This document shows, in pieces, positions 27,327 through 37,207 of a stretch of DNA of 64,000 bases (positions are counted from its first letter, which is position 1; the number at the start of each line of letters is the position of its first letter). The translations under genes and the position numbers were made by a program. The stretch covers positions 124,001-188,000 of IMG/VR virus record IMGVR_UViG_3300020578_000006. One strand, 5' to 3'. The notes beneath the pieces were generated by a model. It was not told where the DNA came from, searched no databases, and was given only the letters and a program-made list of their open reading frames with translations.

Positions 27327-28676
27327 TTATGAATTGTCGCTTAACACTGTCAGAGTCTTAGAAAACTGCATCGCTTCCGCACTTTCATTTACTGTTTCGT
27401 CTTCCGAAATAATTAAAGTATTGTAATCAATCTTTAAAGCAATACTACCAAAATTAGGTCCAAATCTATTTTTTGACATACCTACATTTATTATTCCAAG
27501 CTCCTTATCCTCATCTTTTTGCCATATTGATATAATAGCATCAGATGTTGTGGCTAAACCAATACTCTCAGAAATTGTTTCTAGACCGGGATTGTCTACA
27601 TTATAGCCAGATCTATTTAACTGAGTGGCAGTAACTATAGGACACATAACATCATAGCTAATCGCTCTAACCTGCTGAGCGGAGTATAAAATTCGTTCAT
27701 AACTATTATTACCAACAGGACTATGCAACAGATTTAAATAGTCGAGCACTATTAAATCAATTTTAATACCTTTTTGCATTAGTTTCTTAACATAGCTTTT
27801 CAATTGATGAGGTGTTAGGGTAGATGGAGGGAACTCTTTGATAAAAATTTTTGATTTTTTATCATTATGAATTTCCTTTATTACTTTCTTAAGAGAATCA
27901 GAATCCTCCTTTAAATGACTAAGAGGAATATTAGTAATTGAAGAAGAAAGTCTTCTTGCATACATTATTTCACTCATTTCAAGAGAAACTAACAATACAG
28001 TCTTACCTTGAAGAGCTACGTTAGTAGCTACGTTACCTAGAAAAATACTTTTACCAACATTAGTTTCACCTGCAAAAACATACATTGAGCGTCCATTCTC
28101 TAAAAACCCACCCCCAAGCTTATTATCTAACCATTTCCAACCAGTCTTAATGCAGGGATCTTCTCTATGTAGCTCTTCTATAAACCTATCTACTTCTGTA
28201 AAAATCTCTAAACCTAAATTTTGAGTTAAATTAACACCAACAGCTTTTTCCATTTTAGTTAAAAGATCAGATGTATTAAGTTGTTTATTATCTAGCTTCT
28301 CTGCTGCGTCTAATAAGGTATTGTATACGGCCTTTTCTTTTAAGAAAATTTCTGTATTTTCCACTAGCTCTTGTTTATTAAAATTTTTATCTATGTCAGA
28401 AAAAGAAAGAACAACCCTCTTAAAGCTTTCCTTTAAATCGTCCGAGGTTAGGTAGGCTTTTAACTCTGTATTAGTCGGTACAGTGCCATGTTGCTTAAAG
28501 AAACTTAATATAATTCTGACTACAGTACTAATATCCTTATCTTTAAAAAATTTTACATCCAAAAAATCAATAATAGAAGATAGATAAACCGGGTCCACTA
28601 AGCAGTTATATGCTACGATTTTCTCGTAATAGTCTAAATCTAAGGACCGCTTTTTAATTTCTGTATTCATTTCCAT
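27327..28676 (-). CDS. gp41: Replicative helicase gp41 (DnaB-like)
   Basis: AGETNVGKS, SLEMSE, IKEFPP, LIVLDYLNL, ATQLNRSG, ISESIG, KNRFG. Confidence 0.96.
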   Translation of the reverse strand: MEMNTEIKKRSLDLDYYEKIVAYNCLVDPVYLSSIIDFLDVKFFKDKDISTVVRIILSFFKQHGTVPTNTELKAYLTSDDLKESFKRVVLSFSDIDKNFNKQELVENTEIFLKEKAVYNTLLDAAEKLDNKQLNTSDLLTKMEKAVGVNLTQNLGLEIFTEVDRFIEELHREDPCIKTGWKWLDNKLGGGFLENGRSMYVFAGETNVGKSIFLGNVATNVALQGKTVLLVSLEMSEIMYARRLSSSITNIPLSHLKEDSDSLKKVIKEIHNDKKSKIFIKEFPPSTLTPHQLKSYVKKLMQKGIKIDLIVLDYLNLLHSPVGNNSYERILYSAQQVRAISYDVMCPIVTATQLNRSGYNVDNPGLETISESIGLATTSDAIISIWQKDEDKELGIINVGMSKNRFGPNFGSIALKIDYNTLIISEDETVNESAEAMQFSKTLTVLSDNS

Positions 28677-29323
28677 TTTTCAATAAATTTCTTATTACTC
28701 TCGGTCCAATGTGAGTCATCTATATTTCTTAATCCCGGGCTTTGATGATACAATAAAACAGGCCACACACCTAATTTAAGCTTGTACGTGTTACATGTCA
28801 AGCAAAAATCTATATCGTAATGATGCCACATAAATCTTTCATCAAAGCGGGCCCCGGTCCCTCTTACCTTTTTTATATCTAAAGCTAAAAATACACCATC
28901 TAACAAAGTGACTCTAGCCGGTGAAGGTCCAAATTGTGTTATGTACATCAAATCACTATCATCTGCAAAATGACCTGCAAATCCTCTATAGTAATCTTTA
29001 GTCATCATCCAATGCCATAAATTCTTATCTTTAATAGTAGGGTTAAGGCCACCTGCAACACCAAGCACATCATACTTTCTCAAGCCTTCATGAAGGGTGC
29101 TAAGATTTGCATATTCTAGCGTTATATCATGATGACATAGAACAACAATATCATATTTGCTATTTTCTTTGTTGTTTATAATGCTGTTATAGTACTCCGG
29201 TAATCCGACCTTTTTATTGTTATAGACTATGTGTAAGTCTATATCCTTTAACTTCTTACAACTTTGCTCCAATAAGCAGTTTTCTTCTAATGGACTTACG
29301 GCGAAAATACCTATTTTACTCAC
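28667..29323 (-). CDS. GT2-like glycosyltransferase
   Basis: YNSII...VVLCHHDI, LGVAG, TLLDGVFLA, WHHYDIDFCL. Confidence 0.72.
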   Translation of the reverse strand: MSKIGIFAVSPLEENCLLEQSCKKLKDIDLHIVYNNKKVGLPEYYNSIINNKENSKYDIVVLCHHDITLEYANLSTLHEGLRKYDVLGVAGGLNPTIKDKNLWHWMMTKDYYRGFAGHFADDSDLMYITQFGPSPARVTLLDGVFLALDIKKVRGTGARFDERFMWHHYDIDFCLTCNTYKLKLGVWPVLLYHQSPGLRNIDDSHWTESNKKFIEKWK

Positions 29324-29329
29324 TAATAA

Positions 29330-29357
29330 ATGATAATTTATCGATATAAATAATCAA
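29330..29357 (-). promoter_or_regulatory. Sigma70-type promoter TTGATT-N16-TATCAT
   Basis: 6 nt before GTG 29323. Confidence 0.72.
29345..29352 (+). promoter_or_regulatory. Late promoter TATAAATA (inside the divergent sigma70 promoter)
   Basis: 10 nt before ATG 29363. Confidence 0.75.
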
Positions 29358-29362
29358 GTATT

Positions 29363-30241
29363 ATGGACTTAGATAGTAAGTTAATTTTTGAGGCATACTC
29401 TCAAGCTAAATCAAAAATCTTGACAGAAGCTCCTATAGAGATGTCTGGTGACATTACAACAGAGCCTATAACTCAAAAAACTATGCCTGGGCAAGGAAAA
29501 GCATATGGAGCTGGTGCAATTGCAAAGATTGCCGTAGCTACAAAAAAGACGGAGGAACAAATTGGAGAAGATATGGCAAACTTTATTAAAGGTCATCCTG
29601 AACTTACAAAAAAATTAATAGACAATAAAGAGCAACTATATTACCCTGGTGACCCACAAACTTTTATTAATGAGCTTGTACAGGGGAGAAAAGATTATCC
29701 ATCATTTACTCAAAAATTCGGAGTTGTTCGCTCTCAAGCAGGCTTTACTATAAACTATGTTTTAAACTATCTTTTAGGTGCAAAAAAGACAAAGGGTGGC
29801 CTGGTTATGGATGCAGCAAGAAAAAAAGAAGTAAAAGCCGCTAAAGCAGCAGCTGCTCCAAAAACAGAAACAGTTTTTGAAATTGATAAAGCTGTCAAAT
29901 TAGAAAACAAAGCATTAAGACCAATTGTAATGAGCCTACCTGATGATGATGTACCAGAAAAAGAAATTTTAGGCGTTCTAAAGACCGCTATCAACGAATA
30001 TAATGATCGTCCTGGTATTGAACCTCTAAAAATTAAATCTTTTGATTTGTTTGATATTTTAAAGACAGCTGGTGTAATTAAAGAAAAACAAGTTGAGAAA
30101 AAAGCTAAAGAAGGTGAAGGTTCGGGAGAAGTAGAGACAATAGACGAATACCCAGAAGGGGACGATGTTCATATGGCGGCTAAAGAGCTGTTTAATATTA
30201 GAAGTACCCCTGGGGACCCCAACTACGGAGATTTTAGTTAA
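29363..30241 (+). CDS. Hypothetical late protein (MDLDSKLIFE...KILTE)
   Basis: 292-aa ORF with late promoter. Confidence 0.6.
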   Translation: MDLDSKLIFEAYSQAKSKILTEAPIEMSGDITTEPITQKTMPGQGKAYGAGAIAKIAVATKKTEEQIGEDMANFIKGHPELTKKLIDNKEQLYYPGDPQTFINELVQGRKDYPSFTQKFGVVRSQAGFTINYVLNYLLGAKKTKGGLVMDAARKKEVKAAKAAAAPKTETVFEIDKAVKLENKALRPIVMSLPDDDVPEKEILGVLKTAINEYNDRPGIEPLKIKSFDLFDILKTAGVIKEKQVEKKAKEGEGSGEVETIDEYPEGDDVHMAAKELFNIRSTPGDPNYGDFS

Positions 30242-30927
30242 GTAAAAAACGGACTGTTAAAATCAAAATTTGCCACTGAAGTTAATCCTTCTGTTGTGAG
30301 TTCATAGATCACACCCTCTTCTAAAGGTTCGCTGTTTTTAAATCTAACACTACTAAACTCATTTTCGAGCATATTTGCAAAAACTGTACTACCACATCTT
30401 GCTAAATTAACTTTCCTTTCATTGGTGTTTGCTATCCATAATCCGAAAGTACCTTCTAGTTGTGATAATGTTGAAACGATAACTTGAAGGGGATCAAACT
30501 CTCCTTCACCCGAGGCCTCTATAGTGTGTAGCATATATGGTATAATGCTCGAGTCTACTGGGTTCGGCCATTTAGGATTATATTCTTTTTTAATACTATC
30601 AAAGTTGGAAAGAACACCATTATGTGCCACTACCCAGTTTTCATATACAAATGGATGTGATGTTTCACGGGAGAATTTACGCTTGCTAGATGTAGGAGCT
30701 TGAGTGTGTCCGAGATAAAAATACGGCTGTATCTTTTGTTTTTTAATACTCTCATCCAACTCTTTGCTAGCGTCTTTCAAAGAAATGGATCCATTCCACC
30801 TATGAACAACTAAATCACTTGTTGTTGTAAAAATAACTAATGAAGTGGAAAAGCTACCCCTTTTTCTATTCAAATCATATAAATCGAGAAACGATTCTTT
30901 TTTTACAGCTCCAAATATACCGCACAT
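30238..30927 (-). CDS. Class II glutamine amidotransferase (Ntn), QueC-associated
   Basis: MCGIFG (catalytic Cys2), LGHT, HPF, VAHNG, VDS; abuts queC. Confidence 0.88.
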   Translation of the reverse strand: MCGIFGAVKKESFLDLYDLNRKRGSFSTSLVIFTTTSDLVVHRWNGSISLKDASKELDESIKKQKIQPYFYLGHTQAPTSSKRKFSRETSHPFVYENWVVAHNGVLSNFDSIKKEYNPKWPNPVDSSIIPYMLHTIEASGEGEFDPLQVIVSTLSQLEGTFGLWIANTNERKVNLARCGSTVFANMLENEFSSVRFKNSEPLEEGVIYELTTEGLTSVANFDFNSPFFT

Positions 30928-31671
30928 TTAATTATTATAGGTATCGTAGCTTATTATTCTACAGTTATATTTTTCCCAAACAGGCTTTAAGTCTTGTCTA
31001 TAGGGTAAGGGGTCAATATAACCTGCATTAGCAAAACCTTTAATTCTTAATGCACTACTCGGTGAATTTGCATCACATAAATTTTCACCAGAATAACAAG
31101 TATATGTTTTGCTAAATTTTACTTTTAGTCTTACGCCCTCCTTTACTATTTCAGCCTTATCCATTTCTATCAACGGTGCCTCTATTTTTATTCTTGTTTC
31201 TCGGTTCAACGCCAACACACCATTAATAGTAGGCAAAAATTCAGGACTTGCATCCCAATACCCGGCCAAACTATCTACTTTAGTTGCACCGTGATATACA
31301 ATACAAGCGCCTACAGCTTCTGCATAGGATGCAGCAATACTTAAAAATATCATATTACGATTAGGTACGTATGATTTTGGCTGAGCTTCTCCCGCTATCT
31401 GTCTTATATCAGGGGTCTCTATGTCATTGTTTGTAAGACTACTTGTGGGTGCAAGTTTCTTAATAAAAGACGTATCAATAGTCTGCCACTCTTTTATCTT
31501 AAGCTTTTCAACATGGTATTCAGCTAATTTTAATTCTCTTTTATGTCTTTGACCATAATCATATGAAAGTCCAAAAACGTTTTCTGATCCAAATTGCTCA
31601 ACAGCTTTGTACAGTATTACTGTACTGTCCATTCCTCCAGATATAGGAACTACAACCTTATTCTTTTTCAC
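30928..31671 (-). CDS. queC: 7-cyano-7-deazaguanine synthase QueC
   Basis: ISGGMDST PP-loop, YGQRH, YVPNRNMIFLSIA, TYTCY. Confidence 0.95.
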   Translation of the reverse strand: MKKNKVVVPISGGMDSTVILYKAVEQFGSENVFGLSYDYGQRHKRELKLAEYHVEKLKIKEWQTIDTSFIKKLAPTSSLTNNDIETPDIRQIAGEAQPKSYVPNRNMIFLSIAASYAEAVGACIVYHGATKVDSLAGYWDASPEFLPTINGVLALNRETRIKIEAPLIEMDKAEIVKEGVRLKVKFSKTYTCYSGENLCDANSPSSALRIKGFANAGYIDPLPYRQDLKPVWEKYNCRIISYDTYNN

Positions 31672-32740
31672 CTACATCCTCACCAGATACATTTCCATAC
31701 TTGTATGCAGTTTCAAGCTTTTTATCTAATAGAGGGATAAGCTCTTCATAGAACTTTGGCTCTTTAGTAAAGTTCTTAGCATATCCTAGCTTGGTACCGT
31801 CTGGTTTGGTGTAAGTAGAACCGGTTTGAATAATCAAACCATGGTTAACAGCCATCTCGAGCAACCCACTATATTTGTCGAGACCAGTTAAATAATTTAA
31901 ATTAATACTCGCTTCTAAGAAAGGCGGTACAAATCTATTTTTGACCGTTAGTGCACGAAGAGTGACACCGTTATAATTTTTAGCTTCAGGTAAAATAGCC
32001 TCATCTTCACTTTCTTGTTTTTCGTTCTTTTTAGCCAGCTGAACAATCACACTAGCCATGTATAGCGGGCCGCTTCCACCACTTTGATTTTGTACTAATG
32101 AAGGATATAGAGAGGCAGGATCACTATAAGTGTGATTAGTCATCAAAATAGGAACACCAGCTCTACCTGCCTTGTATGTAAGAAGACGTAACATGCTCTT
32201 AAGCCCCTTTGCTCTAGTGCCCATATCAGCAGCACTCTTGTCCTTCTCTACATCTGTTACTTCTTTACTACCGGCAAGATTACCTAGACTATCTAAACTG
32301 ATAATAAATTTACCCTGTAAATTGTTCTCAACAATACTATCTAAAAATGTACTAATTTGATTACGAGCATTTTCAATAGTATAGACAGGAACATATTTTG
32401 TTTTATCTGGATCCAAGCCTACCCCGGCTGTAGTTGTCTTATCGATAGCAAACTCAGTATCAAATATAACAGGTACAACACCTCTTTTCTGGGCTAAGCC
32501 TAAAATTTTATTAACAAGAAGAGTTTTACCGGTCTGTGAAGGGCCTGCAAAAATTGTTATGCGACCCTTAGGTATACCGCCCCCTCTTAATTTCCCAGAA
32601 ACAATGGCATTTAATGCATAGCAACCTGTATCATACCAAGTGTCTACATTACAAAGCGCATTTTCTGAAAGAAACGTAGCTTCAGGGTTTAAAGCATCTA
32701 GAGCCTTAAATGCTTTTGACAACAGCTCGTCTTGCTTCAT
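31658..32740 (-). CDS. uvsX: RecA-like recombinase UvsX
   Basis: DTGCYALNAIVSG, AGPSQTGKT, DSLGNL, DMGTRAK, TNHTY, SGGSG, KNRF. Confidence 0.95.
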   Translation of the reverse strand: MKQDELLSKAFKALDALNPEATFLSENALCNVDTWYDTGCYALNAIVSGKLRGGGIPKGRITIFAGPSQTGKTLLVNKILGLAQKRGVVPVIFDTEFAIDKTTTAGVGLDPDKTKYVPVYTIENARNQISTFLDSIVENNLQGKFIISLDSLGNLAGSKEVTDVEKDKSAADMGTRAKGLKSMLRLLTYKAGRAGVPILMTNHTYSDPASLYPSLVQNQSGGSGPLYMASVIVQLAKKNEKQESEDEAILPEAKNYNGVTLRALTVKNRFVPPFLEASINLNYLTGLDKYSGLLEMAVNHGLIIQTGSTYTKPDGTKLGYAKNFTKEPKFYEELIPLLDKKLETAYKYGNVSGEDVGEKE

Positions 32741-32742
32741 TA

Positions 32743-33096
32743 TTATTCGTCGAACAGCTTAATAACTGGTGCATCCTTGCCTTTGCCCTCGTTTACAGGC
32801 TTGACAGCTGCAAAAATTCTAGTATACTGCTCGGCAATCTTAGGTTCGAGCTTTACTGAAGAAGTAACAATACTACCCCTATTAAAGGTAAATTGAGCGC
32901 CGTCATTACGGGACTTTTCTTCAATAAATTCCTTAAAGAACATAGGAATCAATTGAACTTGCAATTGACCGGTTTGGCTAGGGCTAACATGCAACACAGC
33001 AGGGTTCTTAACAGTAAGACCGCTGTCATTGTCGCTGACTAGCTCACCTAAAATTGTTTGACCTACATGATTGACAAATACTGTAATATTACTCAT
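32743..33096 (-). CDS. Hypothetical protein (possible Sm-like fold)
   Basis: 117 aa between gp43 and uvsX; own promoter. Confidence 0.6.
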   Translation of the reverse strand: MSNITVFVNHVGQTILGELVSDNDSGLTVKNPAVLHVSPSQTGQLQVQLIPMFFKEFIEEKSRNDGAQFTFNRGSIVTSSVKLEPKIAEQYTRIFAAVKPVNEGKGKDAPVIKLFDE

Positions 33097-33102
33097 ATAG
33101 TT

Positions 33103-33130
33103 AATATAATATAATTTTTTGAAAAATCAA
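33103..33130 (-). promoter_or_regulatory. Sigma70-type promoter TTGATT-N16-TATATT
   Basis: 6 nt before ATG 33096. Confidence 0.7.
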
Positions 33131-35718
33131 GCACCTAAAAGTTGAAATAAATCACACTGTGTGGCTTCGCCCGGTTTACGGGGTGTCCAGTTGACAGACT
33201 CATAAAACCTTTCAACAGCACTAAAGATGATTTTATCAAACATTAATTCACTATCTGGTTGAAATATTTTACTAAATTCTTCTGGATAGTAATATTTGTA
33301 TGCAATTGCGTTTATACCATATCTATTAGGTTGCTTGACATAGAAGTATCTAATCTTATCACCGCTGGCAATCTGTTCGTACTTCTTTTCAATACCAAAT
33401 GTTCTAAGTAACAAATTATGATAATAAGCCGCCTTAACATGTAATGGCATGGACTTAACAGTTTTGAATCCATCACATCTGCCTGAATATTTTTCATATC
33501 CCTTCAAACCCATAACAAATGATATATCGCTTATTGGTAGCGTTTTGAACAAATCGTAAGTTTCAGCTATAATTTCATTTGTTTTTTGTTGGTTCTGAGT
33601 AAGTAGCATTGTTTCAACAATTTTCTTGGCTAAGGGTTTAATTGGATCTGGCATCGTGGTCCTAGCAATTTCAACACCGGTATATTTAAATTTTTTACAC
33701 GCTATACCCTCTTCGTCAAGCACATGAATTACATATCTCTTCTTCTGTAAGAACATTCCTACGTCACAGATAGCCTCTCTCTTAAACGTAATTCTACTGT
33801 CTATACTATTAAGATTCTTTTCACACCATGTTTTAATTTCAATATTAAGATGATGTTCAATTTCATCTACGAGTTTATAAAAATCTTGAGTTACTTTGAA
33901 ATTATTGTCAATGGCCGTAATACCTAGTTTTTTTACCAATGGTTCAAGTGAAATATAGCTTGAATCAGTATCATTATAAATAATAGGAGTATTTTGTGAA
34001 ATTTCTTCTTTTGTGAGATTGCCTTTTCTTTGTATAAAATCTTCTAGAATTTTATTACCCTGCTTAATAACAGCTTGACCTGTTAAAGTAATACTCCTTG
34101 CCAAGTCATCATCGCCAAGAGGAAAGACTTTATTGCCGAGCGCGCCATATACAGTATTAATAAAAATCTTAAATGTATGTTGCTTAATGTTTAATCTCGA
34201 TAATTCATCTTTTAAGGCTCTGTATGTTGGGTCTTTTTTATCGAGTGTGCTAAGTTGTTTTTTAATTTTTTTGTGTTCTTTTCTAACTAGAACTCTCAAT
34301 TTATAGTATTGATCAACCATCTCTGGAATAATACCTTTGTGCTTCTGACTAAAAAGTACTTTAGCCTTACTAATAGCTAGTTTTTCTGTTGTGACGAGCT
34401 TTGCAAATTTTGTCTTTGGTATTGTTACTGTTTTTCCGTTTACTTCTCTAATAGTAATATCTGTTTCTGTTTGCTGCTCTATAACCCCCATCTTAGTTTC
34501 TGGAGAAAGGTTTAATGTTATCATTACTGAGGGATATAGACTGTTTGCATCAAAACTAACTATGTATTTCTGAAACCCTCTTTTTGGGTCCCCTACATAT
34601 GCTCCCTCATTTTGCTTTCCGTCATCTTCACCTCTTACAAACGTAGGAATTTTACGATTTCTATATCTTGCACGAATAGCACAGGCTCCAATAATAACGC
34701 TCATACTACCCATAGCCGCTTCCATTGTCGTGAGCCCGGTATAACTTAACATTCTAAGTAGCTGAAAGTATTGTAATTTTTCTTCTAACTTAACAAGCAG
34801 ACGAACGTCCTGAACGTTATATTCAACAAACTTATCCCAATCCACATCTGCTAACTCACTTAAGTTTGAATTACCATAGTCTATTTTTGATTCTCCTAGC
34901 TCTGTGCGCGCTATGTTATCTAGTTTGTAATTTTCTCTTAATACTAAGCAGAACCGTTTATAGATGTCTAGGTAATCAAGACAAGATATTCCATCTATAA
35001 ACCAACGGGTCTGCTCTCTACCAAATTGACCTCTTAATGTTTTGCTATATACTCTTCCCATTGGGCTGAGTCGCCCTACAGTTTCATCATCAAATAACAC
35101 TCTTATACGATTAACTAGATAGGGTAAATCAAATAGAACTGAGTTCCAGCCCATTATTACATCTGGATAATCACTTTCAATAAACCCAATAAATTTGCTA
35201 AGCATTTCTTTTTCCGTTTTACAAAAAATAAATTTATGATCTGGTGTAATTTTTGCGTACGGTTTTGTGCCCCAAGTAACATATTTGTTGGAGAGACTGT
35301 CATGTATGGTAATTACATTGATACAGTGGTTGGCCTGTTCTACGATAGGAAAATCATCAACAGAATAAGTTTCAATATCTAAGAAGAATGTCTTTAGCTG
35401 ATTTTTAGAGAAATCCGCAGTCTCGTTGTGCTCCCAGAAATTATCAATTAAGAATTGTTGTGCAGGTGAAAGGTTTTCAAATACCCTAGTAATGCCTGAT
35501 TCTTTGAGATATTTTGATTTTTCAAATTGATTTTTAAATACTTTTTTCTTTAAGTTGGTATTAAAAATGCTAATAGCATCTTTAGCATTGTTAGACTCTA
35601 GATATATGTAGGGTTTATAAGTGGAATCTATAGCAATTCTATTACCGTTTGTATCCCAAGTAAATAGTCGTATTAACTCCTGTCTGGGGTCGTATGCTAT
35701 GTTTCTATACCCAATCAC
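33127..35718 (-). CDS. gp43: Family B DNA polymerase gp43
   Basis: LDIET, GWNSVLFDLPY, YNVQD exonuclease motifs; SFDANSLYPS, KIFINTVYG, YNDTDS, KKRY; uninterrupted. Confidence 0.97.
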   Translation of the reverse strand: MIGYRNIAYDPRQELIRLFTWDTNGNRIAIDSTYKPYIYLESNNAKDAISIFNTNLKKKVFKNQFEKSKYLKESGITRVFENLSPAQQFLIDNFWEHNETADFSKNQLKTFFLDIETYSVDDFPIVEQANHCINVITIHDSLSNKYVTWGTKPYAKITPDHKFIFCKTEKEMLSKFIGFIESDYPDVIMGWNSVLFDLPYLVNRIRVLFDDETVGRLSPMGRVYSKTLRGQFGREQTRWFIDGISCLDYLDIYKRFCLVLRENYKLDNIARTELGESKIDYGNSNLSELADVDWDKFVEYNVQDVRLLVKLEEKLQYFQLLRMLSYTGLTTMEAAMGSMSVIIGACAIRARYRNRKIPTFVRGEDDGKQNEGAYVGDPKRGFQKYIVSFDANSLYPSVMITLNLSPETKMGVIEQQTETDITIREVNGKTVTIPKTKFAKLVTTEKLAISKAKVLFSQKHKGIIPEMVDQYYKLRVLVRKEHKKIKKQLSTLDKKDPTYRALKDELSRLNIKQHTFKIFINTVYGALGNKVFPLGDDDLARSITLTGQAVIKQGNKILEDFIQRKGNLTKEEISQNTPIIYNDTDSSYISLEPLVKKLGITAIDNNFKVTQDFYKLVDEIEHHLNIEIKTWCEKNLNSIDSRITFKREAICDVGMFLQKKRYVIHVLDEEGIACKKFKYTGVEIARTTMPDPIKPLAKKIVETMLLTQNQQKTNEIIAETYDLFKTLPISDISFVMGLKGYEKYSGRCDGFKTVKSMPLHVKAAYYHNLLLRTFGIEKKYEQIASGDKIRYFYVKQPNRYGINAIAYKYYYPEEFSKIFQPDSELMFDKIIFSAVERFYESVNWTPRKPGEATQCDLFQLLGA

Positions 35719-35724
35719 CTTAGT

Positions 35725-35752
35725 ATTATAATTGCAATTATGTACTTAGCAA
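35725..35752 (-). promoter_or_regulatory. Sigma70-type promoter TTGCTA-N16-TATAAT (gp43)
   Basis: 6 nt before GTG 35718. Confidence 0.72.
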
Positions 35753-35763
35753 TAAATTATTAT

Positions 35764-35967
35764 ATGGAGAAAATAATTCAATTCTTTGACCACAATTTAC
35801 CTTGTCCGAGTGAAATTCCTGATTGTGAAAAGAGAAGAGTTGAATATACAGAAAAATTAGATGCATTAAAGAGAAGTGGTGGGTGTACAAAGTGTGCAGA
35901 AAATAGAATTAAAAACGAGTTTATTCTTCAATTACAACACTTAATAAATACTAACCAACTCCGTTGA
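35764..35967 (+). CDS. Small Cys-containing hypothetical protein
   Basis: Probable start MEKIIQFF, 5 nt after AATAAATT; CPSEIPDC...GCTKC. Confidence 0.5.
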   Translation: MEKIIQFFDHNLPCPSEIPDCEKRRVEYTEKLDALKRSGGCTKCAENRIKNEFILQLQHLINTNQLR

Positions 35968-37177
35968 TTTTATTTAAAATTTTTCGTTCAGGGCTTCCGT
36001 ACGGGTGATTAAACAGTTCGTAATAAGTTTCAATATTATCCTCTAACCATCTTTGATCTGCATTTTTACGAGCCGCAGAACAAACATTCATGTATCTACC
36101 CTTCTTACTCAACACATCCCTAACCACCTTTATCATCTCGTCGCCTGTCTTAAATTTAAATTCGGCGTCTTTGTATGTGCAGAGATCTTGGCAAGCAATG
36201 GGAAGACCCAAGCAATTTGCCTCAATCCATTTTAAATCGGATTTGCTTTTATTAAACGTATTATCCTGTAGAGGCGCAACAAGCATATTCACTTTAAGAT
36301 TTTTTAGCTTTTCACCATAATTATACAGATTAACCCAAGGGTGAAACTCCACTAGGCCCCTCTCGACTAGAGGTCTTAGCGGTAGCGGAAACGCGCCTAA
36401 GAACACCCACTGAAATTCATTGTAAGTATCATATATTGCCTTAATAACGTGAGCAAAATCGTCATTTTGCTCTACTCTATTCTCAACATCAAAATGTGCG
36501 CCTGATCCTGCATATAAAATTCTTGGCTTGTTTTTATAGGTATCATAGTTCGAGCTGATACTCTTTTCATCATAAAACCTGCCTAGCCAGAACTTAGGAG
36601 GAAAGTTAGGAATAATTGTAATGTTTTTATGACCTGTTTTTTCCGCATAATAGTCTTTCATGAATTGACATGTAACAGTAATCTCATTGCAAAGAGACAT
36701 AATCTCCTGTGCATTTTTACGAATTTCGGGATCTACGAAAGCTGTTTTAAATTTATTGTAATCAGGTATGTCTTCATGAAATACTAAATCATCAATCTCA
36801 TATATAATTCTGAAACCGTGGTGTTGCGACACCTCTTTTAAGAATTTAACAAACTGCAGCTGTGAAGATGTAGCTTGTCTTTGAACTCTAACCACCTTAA
36901 CATTCTGGTACCATCTTGGGTCTAGAACCATCACTGTACTACCATGAACAGTCATCCGGCCAAAAGCATTAAGCAAATGCTCTGGCCAAAGCATTCTCCA
37001 AAATCCACAACCTGAATAATCTGCATAATATTGTATTGCTCTAGGTAAATTAACATCCGGAGGCGGTGAGTTATCTGGCTGTAGAACAGGCTTTTGTGGT
37101 GAGCTAGGTATGTTTAATGTACCGGCAAGACCAGATTGACGTAGTATTGGGGGTGTAAATTCTCCGGTGAAAAACAT
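35951..37177 (-). CDS. GT-B-fold glycosyltransferase (GT4-like)
   Basis: SGCGFWRM, YEIDD, ITVTC, VAPLQDNTFNKSKSDLKWIEA. Confidence 0.8.
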   Translation of the reverse strand: MFFTGEFTPPILRQSGLAGTLNIPSSPQKPVLQPDNSPPPDVNLPRAIQYYADYSGCGFWRMLWPEHLLNAFGRMTVHGSTVMVLDPRWYQNVKVVRVQRQATSSQLQFVKFLKEVSQHHGFRIIYEIDDLVFHEDIPDYNKFKTAFVDPEIRKNAQEIMSLCNEITVTCQFMKDYYAEKTGHKNITIIPNFPPKFWLGRFYDEKSISSNYDTYKNKPRILYAGSGAHFDVENRVEQNDDFAHVIKAIYDTYNEFQWVFLGAFPLPLRPLVERGLVEFHPWVNLYNYGEKLKNLKVNMLVAPLQDNTFNKSKSDLKWIEANCLGLPIACQDLCTYKDAEFKFKTGDEMIKVVRDVLSKKGRYMNVCSAARKNADQRWLEDNIETYYELFNHPYGSPERKILNKINGVG

Positions 37178-37207
37178 TTGAATTAGATATTCCTTTTTTT
37201 ACAGAAA

